DNA from: an uncultured Flavobacteriaceae bacterium
Lineage (GTDB): Bacteria > Bacteroidota > Bacteroidia > NS11-12g > UBA955
DNA: 64,000 bases
Reading direction: 5' to 3'
NCBI GenBank assembly: GCA_964475595.1
Contig: CAYYXG010000003.1
Span: forward strand, 42,420-106,419
The notes under the pieces were generated by a model. It was not told the DNA's origin. It was given only the letters and a program-made list of their open reading frames with translations, and did no database searches. This document shows positions 1 to 9,610 of the stretch, one piece after another (the stretch's first letter is position 1; each line of letters opens with the position of its first letter). A program made the translations under genes and the position numbers.

Positions 1-1323
1 TGTCTCTATGCAGTAAATAAGGGGTGAAATGGTGTTGCAGTTGAAGCGCCTCTGCGAATGGGTAAGTGCTGCTTTTGCCAATCCCAACCCAAGCTGTTTT
101 TGTGCGGGTATGTGGGGTAAATGGCAAATAACCCCATTGATCCTTGCATACTGTAATGGCTTGTTCAGGTGCGCTGAAGGCATTATTTAGGTCAGCTACC
201 AGATTTTCTGTCGGAATGGGCTTGTAGAATTGAAGTCCGACCATGGCTTTATACTGAAGGATTTTCAGCACCCGATGGCTAAGTTCTGCACTGTCAATTT
301 GTCCTGTGCGAACCATATTCTCAATTAAATCTACTGCAAGCGGAACGTTCTCCGGGAACAGCAATATGTCATTCCCTGCAAGTGCCGCCTTTGCCTCTGC
401 ATATCCCGGGCCGTACAGGGATGAAACCCCTTTCATATTGAGGGCGTCAGTAATCACAAGCCCTTTATAGCCCATTTTTTCTTTCAGTAATTCTGTTACG
501 ATGGGCCTGGAAAGGCTGGCAGGCGTATTAGCAGCAGTATCCAGTGCCGGAACAGCGAGGTGGGCAATCATTACGCTGCCTACTCCCGTACGGAACAATG
601 CCTTGAAGGGTGTCAGCTCTATGCTGTCAAGTCTGCCTGCAGAGGCCTGTATGGTGGGCAGCTCCTTGTGGCTGTCAGTTTCACTGTCGCCATGTCCGGG
701 AAAATGTTTGGCACAGGCAATAATACCCGTACTTTGAATTCCTTGGTTCATGATACTGGCATAACGGCTCACTTTTTCGGGAGAAGCTCCAAAGCTTCTG
801 AAACCAATAATGGGATTAGCAGGGTTGGTGTTAATATCGGCCACCGGCGAAAAACTGATGTGTACACCCAATCGTTTACATTGCAAACCCATTGCCTTTC
901 CGGTATTAAAAATAAGTTGCTCATCGCCGGTAGCTCCCAGGGTCATTTGGTAAGGAAACTTGGGTAACATTTTCAGCCGCATGGCCAGCCCCCATTCTGC
1001 ATCCATAGAAACGAGCATGGGAATGGCAGATATCTGCTGGTAATAATTGGCCTGATAGGCCTGCTTTAAGGGATGACCCTGAAAAAAACACAATCCGCCT
1101 ATGCCATACTGATAAATCAGTTTTTCAGTCTCATCTATTTGCTCTGCACCCTTGTTGCTCCAAACGGCCACCATCATCATTTGCCCGATTTGTTTGCGCA
1201 AAGGCAAAGTCTTTAATACGCTGTCTGCCCATTTGGCCTGAGAGGAAGTTGGAGTAAATGGTTTTTCCTGGGCATAAACGCCAAAAACAGCGATTAAGCA
1301 GCAATAAAGTATGAGAATGACAT
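1..1323 (-). CDS. Glycoside hydrolase family 3 protein (beta-N-acetylhexosaminidase/NagZ-like), 5' end in window, 3' end runs off the window start
   Basis: My reverse-strand translation from the ATG (complement of cat at 1321-1323) reads MSFSYFIAALIAVFGVYAQ (signal peptide) and continues without stops to position 1. It contains the GH3 hallmark KHFPGHGD and surrounding GH3-like blocks (GLQCKRLGVHISFSPVADIN). The + strand small ORFs 501-737 and 560-967 are antisense artefacts of this gene. Confidence 0.8.
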
Positions 1324-1494
1324 TTTTCAAAGGCGTATCGGAGACGTGCAAATTTAAACCCTCAATCGTTCAGTATTATTTGGAAATTTGGTATTTTTTT
1401 CGTATTTTTAAAATAATTTTGAATAGCTAAGCAGCATTTGACGTGTTCCTATTGTCTTTGTATGACAGGAAGGCAATGCTCAACCTAAAAAAAA

Positions 1495-2031
1495 TTGGCA
1501 ATGACAGAGCAACAGTTGGTCGATGGATGTATACGGGAAGACCGGAAATGCCAGGAAGCGCTGTGGAATCTCTACGCCACCCGATTGTTAACCGTGAGTA
1601 TTCGCTATTGTCAAAACCGTGAAGATGCGGAAGATGTATTGATGGAAGCGTTTGTAAAAATATTTGATAATATGTCAGCTTTTCGCGGACAGAGTAGCCT
1701 GGAAACCTGGATGAGACGCATTGTGGTTAATACCAGTATCAATAAAATACGCTCCAGAAAATTTACCGAATCCATCGATAACGAAGCCCTGCATATTGGT
1801 TATTCAGATAATGCATTTGAAGCAATGGATGCAAAAGCGCTGATGAAAATGCTGGAAACATTACCGGTGGGCTATCGAATGGTATTTAACCTGTTTGCTG
1901 TAGAAGGGTATTCCCACAAGGAAATTGCCGAATTATTAAAAATTGACGAAGGAACAAGCCGCAGTCAGCTGGCCAAAGCACGAAAGGCACTTCAGGAAAT
2001 GATAGAAAAGAAAGGAGTAACACAACCATGA
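1495..2031 (+). CDS. ECF-type RNA polymerase sigma-70 family factor
   Basis: 178 aa. Region 2-like (LYATRLLTVSIRYCQNREDAEDVLMEAFVKIF) and region 4 HTH (GYSHKEIAELLKIDEGTSRSQLAKARKAL) typical of ECF sigma factors. 4-bp ATGA overlap with the downstream gene. Confidence 0.85.
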   Translation: MAMTEQQLVDGCIREDRKCQEALWNLYATRLLTVSIRYCQNREDAEDVLMEAFVKIFDNMSAFRGQSSLETWMRRIVVNTSINKIRSRKFTESIDNEALHIGYSDNAFEAMDAKALMKMLETLPVGYRMVFNLFAVEGYSHKEIAELLKIDEGTSRSQLAKARKALQEMIEKKGVTQP

Positions 2032-3287
2032 TCCAACCCGATCATTTATTTAAAAATACCTTGGAAAATCACGAGAGCCCACTGGGTGAGGCTGCCAGTT
2101 TTCAAGGAGTCATGAAAAAACGCGAAAAAAAGCGCAGAGCCTTTTTCTGGTTCTCTTTAAATAGTGTTCTGTTTTTACTGATTAGTCTTTCAGCGGCCGC
2201 CCTATGGGGCCCTAAAGAATTGGATGAAAAAGAAGTGGTTCCTACTGCTCAGATTAAACAAACGCCAAACCAGGGCAATGCTGTTGTAAACGCTGACCAT
2301 ACAGCAGTAAAATCCATGTCCGTTGATAACCAAACTGCAGTAAAAGTATCCTCTTTGACAACCGCTCCAACGGATGCCGAACGTATTAATATCACCCACA
2401 AAAAATTATTTGTTAAACAGAATATTGTGATTGCCGGCAGGCAGCATCAATTACCTAAGATAGCTGGCATCCCCAACGAAGTTGATGAAAATTCAAACAT
2501 TAAAACTGTTGATTTGGCGCCAAGTACTTTAGCTGCATCGACATCGCAAGAAATGCCCTATGCGGATTGGATCTATCATCTTACAGGACGAGGCATAGCA
2601 AGTGAATATATCTTTCAAATACAGCCTACAGAAGGCACTGTGCTACCGGAGTTTGTTCCTTTCTATCCCTACGGAAAACCCAAATTTAATCCCATATTTG
2701 AGTTGAATGTAACCACAGCAGGCAATGGCTATAAATACTTCAGAGAAAGTAAGGATGTTACCGTGGCCGGGAATCACAGGTATTCACAGTATCACGGTAT
2801 GATGCTATTTGACCTCGGCAGGGGTGTGAATGTTGGGGGAGGGCTTGGTTATATGGAAAGCGTGGGAATAGGCAAAGCATTAATTTCCGAATGGAAAACC
2901 GACACAGCGCAGATGACCGTTCGCACCACCAAGGCAGAAAATATTGCCTACAGAATAAATAAATTGTCTTTGCCACTGGGAATCCGATATCAACTGGGTT
3001 TTGGAAGAAGTATGGTGCGCATTGCAGCTACCGCTATGCCGGGCATTATTACCTTGGCCAATGGTAAGGTCTTTAGCCGCGAAACCATTCAGTCGCTGGA
3101 TAATATGAAAAAGAATAACGTGTCGTTCGATGCTAGATTGGGCGTGGGTTTATATTATCAAGTTGCCCCCAAAACCGCTATTTCAGCAGAGCCGATGTTG
3201 CAGTACCAGACAATTGCAGGCACGCAGTGGAAATCATTTAACAGAATGGGTTTTGGTTTTGGATTAGGGGTGGTATTCAAACCTTAA
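2028..3287 (+). CDS. Membrane-anchored protein with C-terminal outer-membrane beta-barrel-like (porin/PorT-like) domain; putative ECF partner/anti-sigma-like
   Basis: 419 aa. Short basic N-terminus (KKREKKRR) then one TM helix (AFFWFSLNSVLFLLISLSAAALW), a low-complexity linker, then about 230 aa of alternating hydrophobic strands ending in aromatic-rich GFGFGLGVVFKP. Translationally coupled to the ECF sigma (start overlaps its stop). Confidence 0.6.
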   Translation: MIQPDHLFKNTLENHESPLGEAASFQGVMKKREKKRRAFFWFSLNSVLFLLISLSAAALWGPKELDEKEVVPTAQIKQTPNQGNAVVNADHTAVKSMSVDNQTAVKVSSLTTAPTDAERINITHKKLFVKQNIVIAGRQHQLPKIAGIPNEVDENSNIKTVDLAPSTLAASTSQEMPYADWIYHLTGRGIASEYIFQIQPTEGTVLPEFVPFYPYGKPKFNPIFELNVTTAGNGYKYFRESKDVTVAGNHRYSQYHGMMLFDLGRGVNVGGGLGYMESVGIGKALISEWKTDTAQMTVRTTKAENIAYRINKLSLPLGIRYQLGFGRSMVRIAATAMPGIITLANGKVFSRETIQSLDNMKKNNVSFDARLGVGLYYQVAPKTAISAEPMLQYQTIAGTQWKSFNRMGFGFGLGVVFKP

Positions 3288-3295
3288 ACGGTTCT

Positions 3296-4351
3296 TTACA
3301 ATCGTTCAATCCAGCCAAATACATCCTCGGCTTTGCCATGTTTGATGCGGTCCATTTTACTCCGCAAATTATCGGAAACGACCGTATTTCCTTGGTTCAA
3401 CACATCGAAATATTGGCCCTGATGTGAAAATCCCTCAATATTGATGAGGGTAGCCGCCGTGCCGGTAATGAATAATTCATTGAGCAAACCTTGGGTGTGC
3501 AGGTCTTTCAATTCTGTTACGGTCAATGGTCGCTCTTCCACATTCAACCCTTCTTTTTTCAATACCTGAATAATACTGTCTCTGGTAATGCCGGCTAGCA
3601 TGGTATCATGCAGATTGGGGGTTATGATACATTGATCTGTGACGGCAAAAAAATTGGTGGTTCCCGTTTCTTCTACCAATGTGTGGGTTATGGGGTCTGT
3701 CCATAAAACCTGATCAAACCCTTCGGATTGCGCAAGTTTGGTTGGATACATCGCAGCACCGTAATTGCCCGCACATTTTGTAAAGCCCACTCCACCGGGA
3801 GCAGCCCTGCTGTATTGCTCTTCTACCTTAATTTTTAATGGTTTGGCGTAATAGGGGCCAACCGGACAGGTGAAAATAGCGAAACAATATTTTTCTGAGG
3901 GTTTTACGCCGATAAAATCATCAGTGGCAAACATGAACGGCCTAATGTAAAGGGCGCTGCCTTCCGAACCCGGCACCCACTCCCGGTCCAGCTGGAGCAA
4001 GGTGTTTAAGCCTTCCATAAATAAGGTTTCCGGAATGGGTGGCATCACCATTCTATCTGCTGAAATGTTCAGTCTGTGCCAGTTATCTCTTGGCCGAAAA
4101 AGGTATACGTTATCTTCTTCTCGATACGCTTTCATACCTTCAAAAATGGCTTGACCGTAATGAATGGCGCTGGTGGCAGGACTTAATGATAGGTTGGCAT
4201 AAGGTTCAATGCGTGGATTTGTCCATGCATTGCCGTCCCAGTCGGTCAAAAACATGTGGTCGGAAAATATTTTGCCAAAACCGATATTGTTGAAATCTAC
4301 TTCGGATATTCTGCTTTTTTCGGTCTTTTGAATGGTAATATTGTAGGACAT
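3296..4351 (-). CDS. ilvE: Branched-chain amino acid aminotransferase (class IV PLP enzyme)
   Basis: 351 aa. Motifs FSDHMF, YGQAIFEGMKAYR, ALYIRPFMFATD, TKCAGNYGAAMYP, LFITGTAATL characteristic of IlvE. Confidence 0.9.
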   Translation of the reverse strand: MSYNITIQKTEKSRISEVDFNNIGFGKIFSDHMFLTDWDGNAWTNPRIEPYANLSLSPATSAIHYGQAIFEGMKAYREEDNVYLFRPRDNWHRLNISADRMVMPPIPETLFMEGLNTLLQLDREWVPGSEGSALYIRPFMFATDDFIGVKPSEKYCFAIFTCPVGPYYAKPLKIKVEEQYSRAAPGGVGFTKCAGNYGAAMYPTKLAQSEGFDQVLWTDPITHTLVEETGTTNFFAVTDQCIITPNLHDTMLAGITRDSIIQVLKKEGLNVEERPLTVTELKDLHTQGLLNELFITGTAATLINIEGFSHQGQYFDVLNQGNTVVSDNLRSKMDRIKHGKAEDVFGWIERL

Positions 4352-4373
4352 TTCAAGGGCAAAAGTAACTCAT

Positions 4374-4913
4374 ATGAACCATCAATCAGACAAAATAGCC
4401 ATGCATGTGGATAATCCGCTAGAATTACAACTGTTGTATAGCGAAAAATTATTCTTGGATGAAAACGAAAGCTTGGGTGCTGAAAACCCCATTGCAGATG
4501 TTGCTGAAATCAGGTTAGAAGTGCAAAAGGAAATGTCAATGCCCATTGCATTTTTTTTAGATGTATCGGGAGCCAAGCAGTCAGGAATTAATGATGTGGA
4601 TCTATTGTTGGGCAGAATGTTGATGGTTACCATGTTAGATGATAAAGTACCTACCATGGATATGGCTGAAATTCTTGATCTGAAATTATTTTCTGAAGAC
4701 GATTTTAATAGAAAGTTAATTGGCCATAGAAAAAGTGTAGTTTTTGATGATAATTGGCCTTTTCGTTCAATTTCGAATCAGGCAGTTATGAGTGTACTGG
4801 TGTTAAATGAAAAAAATGTGTTTTGGGCACCTTCCATTCCGGTTATTATGAATAATCCTGAGATAAAAAAAGATTTTGCGGCCCGCTTAAAGCACTATTT
4901 TAATATCCCGTGA
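4374..4913 (+). CDS. Hypothetical protein (no recognisable domain, no TM or signal peptide)
   Basis: 179-aa ORF in a 660-bp gap between ilvE and the large adhesin gene. Acidic N-half, no motif I recognise. Confidence 0.5.
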   Translation: MNHQSDKIAMHVDNPLELQLLYSEKLFLDENESLGAENPIADVAEIRLEVQKEMSMPIAFFLDVSGAKQSGINDVDLLLGRMLMVTMLDDKVPTMDMAEILDLKLFSEDDFNRKLIGHRKSVVFDDNWPFRSISNQAVMSVLVLNEKNVFWAPSIPVIMNNPEIKKDFAARLKHYFNIP

Positions 4914-5011
4914 ATGCCTAAAACACTGATAAACAAATAGGTTTAAAAATTTATTAAAAAAATAGTATTTTTTTTGCCATTTAGTAGTATTAAACTGCTA
5001 TTTTTGTTTTA

Positions 5012-8000
5012 ATGAGTCAATTTCTTACTCGTCTTTGTTGTTTATTGCTGGGTCTTTTTGCTTTGGTTCAGGAATCTGAACTTAAAGGAGACCACGTTAT
5101 GGGTGCCGATATGGGCTATCAGTGCTTGGGTAACGGTAGATATAAACTGATTATCAAATTTTACCGGGATTGTCGTGGCGCGTCTGCACCTCCTAGCTGG
5201 AGCATTTTGTCTTGGTATGCCGGAAATAATGGTGGCATGGGTACCAGTAGGACAACATTATCTCTTACTCGCACCGGGATTAGGGATATCACACCCAGAT
5301 GTTCCACATCCAGCAGCCCGTGTAGCCCTCAAAATACCAGTTACACCGGTGAAGGTGTGGAGGAACATACCTACGAAACGACCATTGATATTAGTAAAGC
5401 GCCGTTTTCAACCTCCGGATTGGGGTCGACCTATTGCGAGCTAACCTTTTCCTATAATCAGTGTTGCAGGAATGCCGCCATTACTACAGGGGCTACCTGG
5501 GCGGATTTCTGGACAACAGCAACGATTAATGTTTGTAATCTAAACAAAAGTAAAGATAAATGCAACACAACGCCTGTGTTTACTAACGTTCCGGTAGCTT
5601 ATACCTGCTGTAACCAGGCCTATTATTTTAACAATGGTGCACTGGATACCGTGGATTATGATTCCCTATCCTACAAAATGGTGCCGGCGCTGGCTGGAGT
5701 TCCTAGCAATTCTGTACCCTATACCAGTCCATTTTCTTACAAATATCCTGTGACGCCGTATTGCATTCCGCCGGGTAAGGTGGATTGCACTCCCAACATC
5801 AGTACCAAACCGCCGCGTGGCTTTTTCCTCGATACCAGCTCCGGTGACCTGATTTTCACGCCCACTAAGTGTGATGAAGTAGCTGTATTGGTGCTTGAGG
5901 TTACAGAATGGAGACGAGATACAGCCAAAAAGTGGGTGTGGGTGGGTAAAACCCGTCGGGATATGCAAATTGTGGTGAAAGACGATTGCGGTTACAACAA
6001 ATCTCCCACGATAGAAGGCCCCACCACAAACAAGGTGTGCGAAGGGGATAAAATCTGCTTTAAAATAGACGGTAAAGACGAAACATTCACGCCTTACCAG
6101 ACCATACCGGATACCGTTCAAATGAAGTGGAATCGTGGTATTCCGGGCGCTACCTTTACCATTCTGAACCCCAAAGACCGCGAGAAGCAGGCAGAGTTCT
6201 GCTGGCAAACCAAGGTGGGACAGGCCAGTGACGTATCGTATTCATTTACGGTAACTGCCACCGATGACCACTGTCCCAAGCCCTCACAGGCCATTCGCGG
6301 TTTTAAGGTGAAAGTAAATCCCCGCGCCTTCAGCACCCGCAAGTACACCACACTCAAGTGCGGCCGTTTTGCCTGGGAAGCCAGTGTTCCAGCCGGATTT
6401 AAGGGCATTCCTACCTATCGCTGGAGCCTTCGCGACAGTCTGGGTAGTAAGGAATACTATTACTCAACCCGTAAAACCGATACTTTCCGCTATTTATATG
6501 GTGGCAAATACATCATGGTACATACGGTAAATAACTCGGATAACTGTCCTACCATTTACCGCGATACGATTATCCTACCGGATCCTCCCACCGCTATACT
6601 GGCCACCAAGGATACGTTCGCATGCTACAAAACCACCATGCGCCTGCAACCACTGGTGTTGTATGCCAAAGCGCCTTACCGTTACTACTGGATTCGTCCG
6701 GTAGACCACATAGCCGGGGATACGAACATGATGCTTTCCATCCCGAACATAGACAGGGACTCAACGATAGTGGTTCGCATCACCGATGCAGACGGCTGTA
6801 GGTTCTGGGATACGGTCACCATCTTCCAAAAACCCTTGCCGGTGGTAGACCTGGGCCCTGACAAACGGATTTGTACGTACGACAGCATGAAGTTCGATGC
6901 GGGCCATGCCGATACAGTATATTATAACTGGAATAGCGGCGATACCACCCGAGAGATCACCAAACATGTGAAAGGGCTGTACATTGTAACGATTACCGAT
7001 ACGATGTGGTTCTGTAAGCAGAAAGACACAGTAGAACTGTTTGTGAACGATACGGTGGTGAGTATAGCAGGTGCCGACAAAGTTATTTGTCACCAGGATA
7101 CCATGCTACTTGCAGCCCAGCATCGTCCTGCCAGTATTTCAGCCAGCTACCGATGGACGAATATAACGACCAATACACTGATGGGGACAAGCTTTTCATA
7201 TAAGGTGTCACCGAGGAATGTAAACTCACCGGGTGGTGTGCCTGTGTACTTCGACTATGAACTGTATACGAAAGTGACGCAGGGCGGCGTGACGTGCGAA
7301 CACTACGATACGGTAAACGTCAAGGTGAATGTGCTACCCCGTGTATGGTGGGATCCCAAGCCGCTGAAGAGTCAGTGCCATGCATTTGGAGACATACCGC
7401 TATATCCCTTTGTGAACCCAAAAGCAGGCAGCGACATCAGCGTATGGGCAGGCACACGCCGGGTACGCAATAATATGGTAGACAGCTTGGCCCCAAACCA
7501 GTTTATCTATCGCACCACGAACCTGAGCAACACCAGTCTGCAGAACGGCGTGTTCCGTCAGGATAAGGTATACCTTCAGTATCGCGACAGCAATGGCTGT
7601 GTCAATGTAGACAGTACCACCCAGCGCATCAATGGCACCCCGATGGTGCAGTTGCAGAAGAAGACCTACTGCCAGGATGCAGGGAAGGCCCCGTTGGCCA
7701 ACAGCATCATCCGCCCCCAGCCGAGTATCAGCGTAAATATCGCATGGAGGGTGTTGGATATTAATAACAGCAAAGACCCCACCACGATATTGTATGAAGA
7801 CCCTGTGGGCAGCCAGCGCTACTGGATGAACTTTGGCGGCCCGACCGAGGATGACTATGCAGGAACCTACACACTGGAGTACTGCGTAGAAGACAGACTG
7901 ACCGGCTGTAGGAAGTGTGATACCACCACGGTGGATATCATCACCGAACCCACAGTAAAGGTAACTTCACCGGATCCGCTGTGCGTGAACTGGGATACCA

Positions 8001-9610
8001 TAGACCTGAATGACTACGTATTGCTGAACGGCAACCGCCCGAATGAGGGTGATGGCTGGTTCACGGTACTGGAGTACGGCTACGACCGCAACGACCCGAA
8101 GGTTAAAGGCACTACACTGCCCAAAGGCCACTACTTTGTACCATCCTTTGGTGCCAATACCTGGTATATCAAGTATAGCAACAACAGCACGGGCTGTTTG
8201 AAGGAAGACAGCTTCTATGTGTATGTAAACGATACGCCTGATGCCGTATTGCTCCCCCCGGTAACATTGTGTAGCGGCGATCCATTGTTTGACCTGGACA
8301 GCCGCATAGATGCAGGCAAAACACGTCCCTTGGGTCAAACCAGCACATGGACAGGTCCACAGACCAGCGGAGGCAAGTTTGATCCGAACGTAGTGGGCAG
8401 CAGCAAGACCGTGGAAGGTCCGTTTAACATTGCCTTTACCTACACCGATAACAATGGTTGTTCGGATACGGAGCAATACCAGATGTTTGTTAGGATAAAA
8501 CCAGAGGTAACGATTACCACAGGTAAACCGGCAGCGGCCTGCGAAGGCAGTGGCTTTGGCTTGCAGAGCGTGAAGAAGTTTACAGGTGGTGTAAACTGGC
8601 AGCGCATCAATGGATCTGACGGCAGCATAGACAATGCAGGTGCCGACAATATTGTGTACAAACATGGCAGCGGCGATAAGACAGCGGGTACAGCATGGTT
8701 GAAGGTAACAACGGTTCCCGAGCCAAATGAAGTATGTCCTCAGGCCAGTGATAGCGTGCAAATAATTCTGCATCCTTTTCCTGAATTGGGTATGTTGGGT
8801 TCGATAAGTGGCTGCGCTCCATTGACCGCTAATTTTTCCGGTATTGAAAATAGGGGAATTCCTGCAGGTCAGTTAAAATGGTTCTGGGATTTTAGAAATG
8901 GTGATACCAGCGACCAGCAAAATCCATCAGGTATATTCTACCCTAATCAAGGTAATTATAAAATTCGACTTAAGATAACCAATACGATGGGCAATTGTTC
9001 AGTTGAAGTTGACAGCATTGGATATGTAAAAGCATACCCGAACCCCACAGCGTTGTTCAGCACAGATCCTCCGTTCAAGACCACCGTGGCGCTGCCGAAG
9101 TTCAAGACCATTAACCAGAGCAGCATACCGAGTGCGCCATTCAGTCCACAGATGAGCTACAAATGGGACTTTGGCACCTGGTATGATCCGTATGATGATA
9201 CATTCACCAGCTTTGAGCCAAGATATGCCTATGGCAAGGATACGGCCACGTATACCATTCAGCTGATAGTGACCTCACAGCCGGGCGGATGTACGGACAC
9301 GTTCAGGAAGGCAGTATTTGTAGGTCCTGATATCATTGTGTGGATCCCGGATGTGTTCACTCCCGATGGTGCTGGACCCGGCAAGAACAATACGTTCAAC
9401 GTGACTGCCAGCAACTTTAAGGGGATGAATATGACCATTTACAACCGCTGGGGAGAAAAACTCTTTTATTCTGATAACGTAAATAAAGGATGGGACGGCA
9501 TGGTTAATGGTCAGGATGCGCAACAGGGAGTATACGTTTACCACGTAGAAGTGGTTTCGTTCGATGGCAAGCCGTATGAATTTAACGGCACATTAACCCT
9601 GATCCGCTAG
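5012..9610 (+). CDS. Very large cysteine-rich cell-surface protein with T9SS type-B (gliding-motility-associated) C-terminal sorting domain; adhesin-like
   Basis: 1532 aa. N-terminal signal peptide MSQFLTRLCCLLLGLFALVQ. Many repeated Ig/PKD-like modules with the pattern DLGPDKRIC..DS..FDAG...YNWNSGDTT..I.....G.Y.VTITD....C. C-terminus IVWIPDVFTPDGAGPGKNNTFNV...MTIYNRWGEKLFYSDN...WDGMVNGQDAQQGVYVYHVEVV matches the T9SS type-B CTD consensus. Confidence 0.85.
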   Translation: MSQFLTRLCCLLLGLFALVQESELKGDHVMGADMGYQCLGNGRYKLIIKFYRDCRGASAPPSWSILSWYAGNNGGMGTSRTTLSLTRTGIRDITPRCSTSSSPCSPQNTSYTGEGVEEHTYETTIDISKAPFSTSGLGSTYCELTFSYNQCCRNAAITTGATWADFWTTATINVCNLNKSKDKCNTTPVFTNVPVAYTCCNQAYYFNNGALDTVDYDSLSYKMVPALAGVPSNSVPYTSPFSYKYPVTPYCIPPGKVDCTPNISTKPPRGFFLDTSSGDLIFTPTKCDEVAVLVLEVTEWRRDTAKKWVWVGKTRRDMQIVVKDDCGYNKSPTIEGPTTNKVCEGDKICFKIDGKDETFTPYQTIPDTVQMKWNRGIPGATFTILNPKDREKQAEFCWQTKVGQASDVSYSFTVTATDDHCPKPSQAIRGFKVKVNPRAFSTRKYTTLKCGRFAWEASVPAGFKGIPTYRWSLRDSLGSKEYYYSTRKTDTFRYLYGGKYIMVHTVNNSDNCPTIYRDTIILPDPPTAILATKDTFACYKTTMRLQPLVLYAKAPYRYYWIRPVDHIAGDTNMMLSIPNIDRDSTIVVRITDADGCRFWDTVTIFQKPLPVVDLGPDKRICTYDSMKFDAGHADTVYYNWNSGDTTREITKHVKGLYIVTITDTMWFCKQKDTVELFVNDTVVSIAGADKVICHQDTMLLAAQHRPASISASYRWTNITTNTLMGTSFSYKVSPRNVNSPGGVPVYFDYELYTKVTQGGVTCEHYDTVNVKVNVLPRVWWDPKPLKSQCHAFGDIPLYPFVNPKAGSDISVWAGTRRVRNNMVDSLAPNQFIYRTTNLSNTSLQNGVFRQDKVYLQYRDSNGCVNVDSTTQRINGTPMVQLQKKTYCQDAGKAPLANSIIRPQPSISVNIAWRVLDINNSKDPTTILYEDPVGSQRYWMNFGGPTEDDYAGTYTLEYCVEDRLTGCRKCDTTTVDIITEPTVKVTSPDPLCVNWDTIDLNDYVLLNGNRPNEGDGWFTVLEYGYDRNDPKVKGTTLPKGHYFVPSFGANTWYIKYSNNSTGCLKEDSFYVYVNDTPDAVLLPPVTLCSGDPLFDLDSRIDAGKTRPLGQTSTWTGPQTSGGKFDPNVVGSSKTVEGPFNIAFTYTDNNGCSDTEQYQMFVRIKPEVTITTGKPAAACEGSGFGLQSVKKFTGGVNWQRINGSDGSIDNAGADNIVYKHGSGDKTAGTAWLKVTTVPEPNEVCPQASDSVQIILHPFPELGMLGSISGCAPLTANFSGIENRGIPAGQLKWFWDFRNGDTSDQQNPSGIFYPNQGNYKIRLKITNTMGNCSVEVDSIGYVKAYPNPTALFSTDPPFKTTVALPKFKTINQSSIPSAPFSPQMSYKWDFGTWYDPYDDTFTSFEPRYAYGKDTATYTIQLIVTSQPGGCTDTFRKAVFVGPDIIVWIPDVFTPDGAGPGKNNTFNVTASNFKGMNMTIYNRWGEKLFYSDNVNKGWDGMVNGQDAQQGVYVYHVEVVSFDGKPYEFNGTLTLIR

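Noticed and set aside
501-967. Plus-strand ORFs 501-737 and 560-967
   Set aside because: They lie antisense within a clearly coding GH3 gene on the minus strand and have no motifs, so they are frame artefacts.
1380-1410. GGAAAT ... CGTA spaced elements upstream of the ECF sigma gene, a possible autoregulated ECF promoter
   Set aside because: The spacing and sequence do not clearly match a known ECF -35/-10 consensus, so it is too speculative to call.
4999-5006. TATTTTTG matching the Bacteroidota -7 promoter consensus (TAnnTTTG) upstream of the adhesin gene; similar AT-rich near-matches upstream of guaB and acpP
   Set aside because: The match ends only 5 nt before the ATG, which implies a leaderless transcript. 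Without TSS data it cannot be told apart from chance occurrence in AT-rich intergenic DNA. I mention it but do not call it as a feature.
5666-8822. Several minus-strand ORFs of 60-268 aa inside the 1532-aa adhesin gene (for example 5666-6208 and 7967-8773)
   Set aside because: They are antisense to a strongly supported CDS with a repeated domain structure. They have Cys/Arg-rich low-complexity translations, typical of spurious antisense ORFs in GC-richer coding DNA.
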